IMG/VR virus record: IMGVR_UViG_3300045988_169898
Strand: one strand, 5' to 3'
Origin: a virus
DNA length: 53,299 bases
The notes beneath the pieces were generated by a model that saw only the letters and a list, made by a program, of their open reading frames with translations, was not told where the DNA came from and made no database searches. Positions 49,403-53,299 of the stretch are shown here, in pieces. Numbering within the stretch: position 1 is the first letter of the stretch; each line of letters opens with the position of its first letter. A program made the position numbers and the translations under genes.

Positions 49403-49418
49403 AAACATTGGAGGACGG

Positions 49419-49634
49419 TTAGTTGTTCTGGGAAGCAAGCAAGGCATCGAGCGCAGCTTGTGCTTTAGCCAGTCTGCCTTCGGCCATCTTCTTCTTTTGT
49501 TCTACCGTCATGGGAGCACGTTTTGCTCTGGGAGCCTTAGGTGCATTTGCTTTAGCTTCTTCTGCCATAGAGAGAAGCTCGTTGTAACGTTCGTAGTCCT
49601 CAGGAAGGATAAAGTCAATAAAAGATTTGCTCAT
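49419..49634 (-). CDS. Paralog family member (short, 71 aa) with the conserved C-terminal helix
   Basis: APMTVEQKKKMAEGRLAKAQAALDALLASQNN matches the C termini of the 49694-50236 and 51987-52427 products. Confidence 0.6.
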   Translation of the reverse strand: MSKSFIDFILPEDYERYNELLSMAEEAKANAPKAPRAKRAPMTVEQKKKMAEGRLAKAQAALDALLASQNN

Positions 49635-49693
49635 TATTATTACTCCTTGTATTTATTGCGTAGCTGGATATGGAGCTCACAGCTGTTGCAAGA

Positions 49694-50236
49694 TTAGATG
49701 TTGCCTTCTGCTGCTTCGGCTTCAAGTTTTGCAAGAGCGGCCTGAGCCTTAGCGAGTTTTGCCTGTGCTTTCTCGAGTTCCGTCATAGGTTTGGTCTTGG
49801 CGGCTTCACGAGCTGCGATAGCACGTTCTACAATAGCCTTGTACTCGGCCTGCAGGTCTTCCGAGAGGTACGAGATAAGTTTCTCGTTGGGAAGTTTACT
49901 GCCGATGGAACCAACGTGACGGGTGGGTTTATAGCAGAGTTCTACGAAACCTTTCTCGGAAATCTCCGCGTCTGCCTTCTTGCGGTTGAACCACTGGCGG
50001 TTGGATTTGTTTTTGGTAAGGACGATAGTCTTGTCGTCTGCATCACAGAATTTGCAAACAGGACCTACGGTACCGTCGAAGTCTACGACATAGAAGTTGC
50101 CATCGTCGTCTTTGATAATTTTCGCATAAGCTTCGCCTTCAACGAGAGTTTCTGCTACGTTTTCTTCAATGTGTTCTTTCATTGTTTTGATAGTCTCCTT
50201 GTTATAATAATTTGGTTTATCTAATGACTGCTCCAT
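49694..50236 (-). CDS. Paralog family member (180 aa; alternative start at 50182)
   Basis: It shares NRQWFNRKKAD, LISYLSEDLQAEYKAIVERAIAAREAAKTKPMTELEKAQAKLAKAQAALAKLEA with the 51987-52427 product (NRKYFSSKKVD, LEEYLEGDDKATYLALVEKAKAAREAANKKAPMTEYEKKLRAVQRAQAALEALLA). Confidence 0.6.
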   Translation of the reverse strand: MEQSLDKPNYYNKETIKTMKEHIEENVAETLVEGEAYAKIIKDDDGNFYVVDFDGTVGPVCKFCDADDKTIVLTKNKSNRQWFNRKKADAEISEKGFVELCYKPTRHVGSIGSKLPNEKLISYLSEDLQAEYKAIVERAIAAREAAKTKPMTELEKAQAKLAKAQAALAKLEAEAAEGNI

Positions 50237-50407
50237 CAGTCGTCAGTTCATCTATTGGTTATATTATATTATATGAATAAAATGGTAATATTATTCCTAC
50301 TCATTTTTCGATTTTACCTTACAAGGTATGAGGTAAATCAGCCTCGATGCCATACTCCTGTTTTGTTGTAGTAATAATTTATCATTCTATCATAGGTTAG
50401 AGTGATA

Positions 50408-50429
50408 ACTGATACAAAATTTTATCAGT
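50408..50429. promoter_or_regulatory. 22-bp near-perfect palindrome ACTGATA-N8-TATCAGT (operator-like)
   Basis: In actgatacaaaattttatcagt, 9 of 11 symmetric position pairs are complementary. A related site lies at 50714-50743. Confidence 0.45.
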
Positions 50430-50446
50430 CACAGGAAAATTTTCAA

Positions 50447-50688
50447 TCTTTTTAAGAAAAAAATGAGGCCCCCCCCCATAATTATTTATAAGGTAATCTA
50501 TCTATTACATTTTATATAGTATATCATATATATGTATATAAATAAAAATTTTAAGACAATTTCCTTATTTAGGGAGCTTTTTTCTTAATTTTTTACTGTC
50601 TTATGAAGGCTATAACATTTTACCATATTTTAATGGCATAATATCATTACCTTCAAAATATTTTTCAGGGGGGGCCTCTTAAAAATCT
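50447..50688. repeat. Long-range imperfect inverted repeat anchored by GAGG-C9 / G7-CCTC around an AT-rich core
   Basis: The left arm spans 50447-50497 (tctttttaag..gaggccccccccc..ataattatttataaggtaat). The right arm spans 50646-50688 (attaccttcaaaatatttttca..gggggggcctc..ttaaaaatc). The exact 11-bp core GAGGCCCCCCC/GGGGGGGCCTC is at 50465-50477 and 50668-50678. The central core (50498-50645) is AT-rich. Confidence 0.8.
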
Positions 50689-50713
50689 AAAATATTTTGA
50701 AAATTTTGTTGTT

Positions 50714-50743
50714 ACTGATAAAAAAATTTATCATTTATCAGTC
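50714..50743. promoter_or_regulatory. Second operator-like site (ACTGATAAAAAAATTTATCA + TTTATCAGTC)
   Basis: It has the same CTGATA/TATCAG half-sites as 50408-50429 and lies on the other side of the inverted repeat. Confidence 0.4.
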
Positions 50744-50795
50744 TTACAGGTCCAAAATATCGAGATTTTCGCCGCCTGGCCATCCTACGGACGAC

Positions 50796-51026
50796 TTAGT
50801 TCGAGTGCATTCTTGCAAAGAACTCATCGCCGTCAACTTCTCGGCCACTTTTCTCCCAAACGGTGAGCGTTACGCTGTACTCAGGGTTAGGAAATTTAGC
50901 TTTTATCTCATTGTAGGCCTTCTCGGCACCTGAAAGGCTATCCATTGTGGTGTGAAAAAGGTAAATATACCTGTTTTCGCCGTAACTTTGTTGAAATTTT
51001 GCTACATTTATACGATATTCCATCAT
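50796..51026 (-). CDS. Hypothetical protein (76 aa)
   Basis: ATGA overlap with the upstream gene. No motif recognised. Confidence 0.5.
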   Translation of the reverse strand: MMEYRINVAKFQQSYGENRYIYLFHTTMDSLSGAEKAYNEIKAKFPNPEYSVTLTVWEKSGREVDGDEFFARMHSN

Positions 51027-51394
51027 TTTACCTCCAGTAAATAGGGTTCGGATGTACGATAGAGGTCAAAAGTGGCCACGAGCCAGCGGATTTGGTGCTC
51101 TATCTCATTGTATTTCGTTGCTACATAGTTTCTGTGTGCCTCATTGTTCGCCGTCGACTGCATTTTGTCATACTTGCGGCCGAGCTGACGTTTTTGCTCC
51201 TCGAGCAGGTATATGCATTCTTGCAGAGATGGCTTTGAAGCCTTACTTATGCCAACCGCTGTCCAGAACTGGTCTGCAAATTCGTCGACAACGTTGAGCT
51301 TTTTAGCTTGTTTGAACAGGAACTCTGTGTCCTTGAGTGATATATGCCTTAAATCGTAGTTTGATAAGTTTAATATTTCGGGTAATTCGTTCAT
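51023..51394 (-). CDS. Hypothetical protein (123 aa)
   Basis: Same-strand array. No motif recognised. Confidence 0.5.
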   Translation of the reverse strand: MNELPEILNLSNYDLRHISLKDTEFLFKQAKKLNVVDEFADQFWTAVGISKASKPSLQECIYLLEEQKRQLGRKYDKMQSTANNEAHRNYVATKYNEIEHQIRWLVATFDLYRTSEPYLLEVK

Positions 51395-51396
51395 AG

Positions 51397-51669
51397 TTAG
51401 TCCTCCGATTTAGTGAGCCAGCCGGTCCATTTTTCCATTTTGCGAACGTTTTCTTCGCCTACGAATATCAAGTTGTAAAACGTACCGTCTTCCATATTAC
51501 CGTACACGGATTGGAAGGTCTCGTCGCCAACTTGTACACATCTTTGTCCCACTATGCCATTTATGTCAAACGATAAACCGCATACCTTGCAGATTACGTT
51601 TTTGCCTCGTTTGTCGCTTAAAAGCTCCAAGCCATCCAGAATGATTATTTCAATTTCATTTTTACTCAT
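51397..51669 (-). CDS. Hypothetical protein (90 aa)
   Basis: I start at MSKNEIE (ATG 51669) with AGGAGG upstream. The ORF-track start at 51690 is a TTG codon inside the RBS region. Confidence 0.5.
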   Translation of the reverse strand: MSKNEIEIIILDGLELLSDKRGKNVICKVCGLSFDINGIVGQRCVQVGDETFQSVYGNMEDGTFYNLIFVGEENVRKMEKWTGWLTKSED

Positions 51670-51732
51670 AGTTAGTCCTCCTTCTTGCAAATAGGTCGAC
51701 GACGGCCACTATGCAAAATAGATAATTTTAAT

Positions 51733-51756
51733 AAGCCCAGCTGTTACACCGGGCTC
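51733..51756. other. Conserved intergenic hairpin, copy 2 (core GCCCAGCT)
   Basis: The stem AGCCC/GGGCT (plus a G-U pair in the minus-sense RNA) encloses a 12-nt loop. On the minus strand it reads AGCTGGGCTTATTAAAAT. It is related to 49367-49402. Confidence 0.55.
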
Positions 51757-51762
51757 ATTACG

Positions 51763-51972
51763 TTAGATGTCTAAGCTACATTCGCCGGTCGGTGAGATTG
51801 CATAATCGGTGCCGTCAACGGTTGCATATAACATTTCCGGCTGGATGCTTGTGATTATGATACTTTCGGCGTTCGGGAATTGTTTCGGCAGTTCGGTTTT
51901 GATTTCCTCAATATCCCAATCTGCATAGTTTGCCATCCACTTTGTGTATTCGTTATCGAAGTTGTTTGTCAT
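51763..51972 (-). CDS. Hypothetical protein (69 aa)
   Basis: Same-strand array. No motif recognised. Confidence 0.5.
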   Translation of the reverse strand: MTNNFDNEYTKWMANYADWDIEEIKTELPKQFPNAESIIITSIQPEMLYATVDGTDYAISPTGECSLDI

Positions 51973-51986
51973 TGTTTCTACCTCCC

Positions 51987-52427
51987 TTATGCATTTTGTT
52001 GAGCGAGAAGTGCTTCAAGGGCAGCCTGTGCACGTTGAACCGCTCTGAGTTTCTTTTCATACTCGGTCATCGGGGCTTTCTTGTTAGCCGCTTCTCTTGC
52101 CGCCTTGGCCTTTTCAACCAGTGCGAGGTAGGTCGCCTTGTCGTCGCCTTCCAGGTATTCCTCGAGGCCTTTTCTCGGGGTTGACTCGGAGCGAGGGCCG
52201 TAGGTTTTGCTCTCTTTGTAGGTGAGCTCAATCTTGCCACCGGCCGCATCGACCTTCTTGCTGCTGAAGTATTTGCGGTTTGACTCGTTCTCGGGGAGTA
52301 TGAGTGTGAAGGGCTCATCTTTGGGTTGATTGTCGATAGGCACAACAACTTCGTTGCCTTTCTCGTCGACTGTTACGAGTTCGTAGCCGGTTTTGCTGTT
52401 GTTGCTTGTTCTTACGAAAGTTGCCAT
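51987..52427 (-). CDS. Paralog family member (146 aa)
   Basis: AAGGAG RBS. See the 49694-50236 entry for the shared segments. Confidence 0.6.
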   Translation of the reverse strand: MATFVRTSNNSKTGYELVTVDEKGNEVVVPIDNQPKDEPFTLILPENESNRKYFSSKKVDAAGGKIELTYKESKTYGPRSESTPRKGLEEYLEGDDKATYLALVEKAKAAREAANKKAPMTEYEKKLRAVQRAQAALEALLAQQNA

Positions 52428-52459
52428 AATGGTACTCCTTATGCCGCTTTGAGCGGTGT

Positions 52460-52505
52460 TGGGCCTCAGGGGAGTCGAACCCCATCCACTGCCATCCGGG
52501 GGCCC
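52460..52505 (-). ncRNA. tRNA-like acceptor/T-arm minihelix (not a full tRNA)
   Basis: The minus strand reads GGGCCCC-cggatggcagtgga-TGGGG-TTCGACT-CCCCT-GAGGCCC-a. The acceptor pairs at 6 of 7, and the T-loop TTCGACT is identical to the one at 15246-15252. A 14-nt linker replaces the D and anticodon arms. It lies in the gap between the 52515 gene and the 52427 start. Confidence 0.4.
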
Positions 52506-52514
52506 ACGGTGGGC

Positions 52515-52709
52515 TTATTCAGCCCTGTTTTCAAATATCTTGAACGAGTTTTCTGAGCCGTTTAGGGTTATTTCGATTTGCCTGGAGTCGTATCTATCGA
52601 GGGCATCTTCTATATCTGCATAGAACTCATAGAACTCTTCGCCACAATTTACCAACTTATCCAGTGCGGCTACCCACTCGTCGTATGTCATCTTTATTGT
52701 TTTTTCCAT
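52515..52709 (-). CDS. Hypothetical protein (64 aa)
   Basis: I start at MEKTIKMTYDEW (ATG 52709) with GGAGG 5 nt upstream. Its stop codon sits in the loop of the hairpin GGGCTGAATAAGCCC (52511-52525). Confidence 0.5.
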   Translation of the reverse strand: MEKTIKMTYDEWVAALDKLVNCGEEFYEFYADIEDALDRYDSRQIEITLNGSENSFKIFENRAE

Positions 52710-52710
52710 A

Positions 52711-53034
52711 TTACCTCCATTTTTCATTGTATTTTTCCTCATATTCATTTTTCAATTTCAAATACTCTTTGAGGGTATTCTCATATTCTTGGAAATCTAT
52801 ATCGTCGACCTCACCGAAATTTCGATATTCATAATCCAATCTGTTTTTCAAGATGGAAATTTCATCTTTGAGGGTGGCCAACTTCTTTTCTTTGAGATAT
52901 TTCACATATGTGTAGGTCATTCTAAAATCGGTCTTTTCGATATAGGTATCGCCCACCCAGGGGTCTTGATTTGGAACCAATTTTATTCCACTTTCCCTCC
53001 ATTTAGAGCCTTGAAATTTTGGATAATCAATCAT
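52711..53034 (-). CDS. Hypothetical protein (107 aa), first gene of the minus (early) arm
   Basis: GGAGG RBS. It lies directly downstream of the divergent control region. Confidence 0.55.
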   Translation of the reverse strand: MIDYPKFQGSKWRESGIKLVPNQDPWVGDTYIEKTDFRMTYTYVKYLKEKKLATLKDEISILKNRLDYEYRNFGEVDDIDFQEYENTLKEYLKLKNEYEEKYNEKWR

Positions 53035-53082
53035 ATAATACCTCCATTGGATTTCATATCTTATAGAATATATTGGATTTTA

Positions 53083-53128
53083 TATTCTATATTCTATTTT
53101 TCTATTCTATTTTTCTATTCTATTTTAT
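53083..53128. repeat. About 3.5 tandem copies of the 13-mer TATTCTATTTTTC
   Basis: Exact copies are at 53090-53102 and 53103-53115. A degenerate copy is at 53116-53128 and a partial one at 53083-53089. All lie in the divergent intergenic control region. Confidence 0.8.
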
Positions 53129-53244
53129 TTTTTCTTTTTCTTTCAATAATATACTTTTGAATAATATTAAAATTCGAGAGATGTCGGCCGATTTCTATTT
53201 CGGTATATATGAGTTTTCATACCTTACCAGCAAAAATTTTTGAA

Positions 53245-53299
53245 CCATATTAACACTTACTTGCTCAATCAATATAACAAACAAACCTCTCAAAAAAAA
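53245..53299. repeat. 55-bp end overlap identical to 1-55
   Basis: See the feature at 1-55. Confidence 0.9.

Noticed and set aside
49670-50224. 184-aa plus-strand ORF antisense to the paralog gene 49694-50236
   Set aside because: The minus-strand gene has a clear paralog elsewhere (51987-52427), which supports that frame. The plus-strand product is low-complexity F/C/L/V-rich.
50581-50640. 12-codon plus-strand ORF (MKAITFYHILMA) and other micro-ORFs inside the 50.2-50.8 kb hub
   Set aside because: They are too short, lack convincing RBS spacing, and sit in a region whose repeats explain it better as regulatory or origin DNA.
53083-53128. CRISPR array
   Set aside because: The repeats are directly tandem 13-mers with no spacers. 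No cas genes are present.
1-53299. Stop-codon reassignment (TAG or TGA recoding, as in some gut phages) with a suppressor tRNA
   Set aside because: All large genes, including the 3028-aa ORF, are uninterrupted under the standard code. TAA, TAG and TGA all terminate well-supported genes. The tRNA-like element has no stop-decoding anticodon in any register that folds.

Overview
The window is a complete tailed dsDNA phage genome. Its first 55 nt are identical to its last 55 nt (circular-assembly overlap), so the unique length is 53,244 bp. I found no integrase, repressor, CRISPR array, reverse transcriptase or sign of stop-codon recoding, so the phage is probably virulent. Strong AAGGAG/GGAGG ribosome-binding sites and low GC point to a low-GC Gram-positive host.

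The genome has two arms that diverge at the window ends and converge at about 30.2 kb.
- Plus arm (0.2-30.2 kb): a TerS-like gene, a small membrane ORF, TerL and portal. An unusually placed fibre/receptor-binding and membrane-protein module follows, then scaffold, decoration-like and major capsid genes. The arm ends with three very large virion ORFs of 1221, 471 and 3028 aa.
- Minus arm (30.2-53.0 kb): family-B DNA polymerase, prim-pol/SF3 primase-helicase, SNF2 helicase, VRR-NUC nuclease, a tRNA-like element, a DUF669-like SSB and a Sak4-like ATPase. Next come a four-gene deoxynucleotide cassette (P-loop kinase, YfbR-HD::dUTPase fusion, divergent ThyX-like, nucleoside 2-deoxyribosyltransferase) and an ATP-dependent ligase. 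The rest is about 30 small early ORFs, a Cas4-like exonuclease and a possible sigma-like protein.

The most interesting signals are:
1. The deoxynucleotide cassette, which reads like a base-exchange salvage or DNA-modification route.
2. The 3028-aa virion ORF carrying a single zincin motif.
3. Three intergenic tRNA-like elements, each just 5' of a ribosome-binding site: two acceptor/T-arm minihelices and one degenerate cloverleaf.
4. A 560-bp non-coding hub with a C9/G7-anchored inverted repeat, palindromic operator-like sites and AAGGTAA repeats.
5. Three copies of an AT-only inverted-repeat element at module boundaries.
6. A three-member paralogous early-protein family.

All functional calls rest on motifs read by eye plus gene context. 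No database search, RNA covariance model or fold prediction was run.
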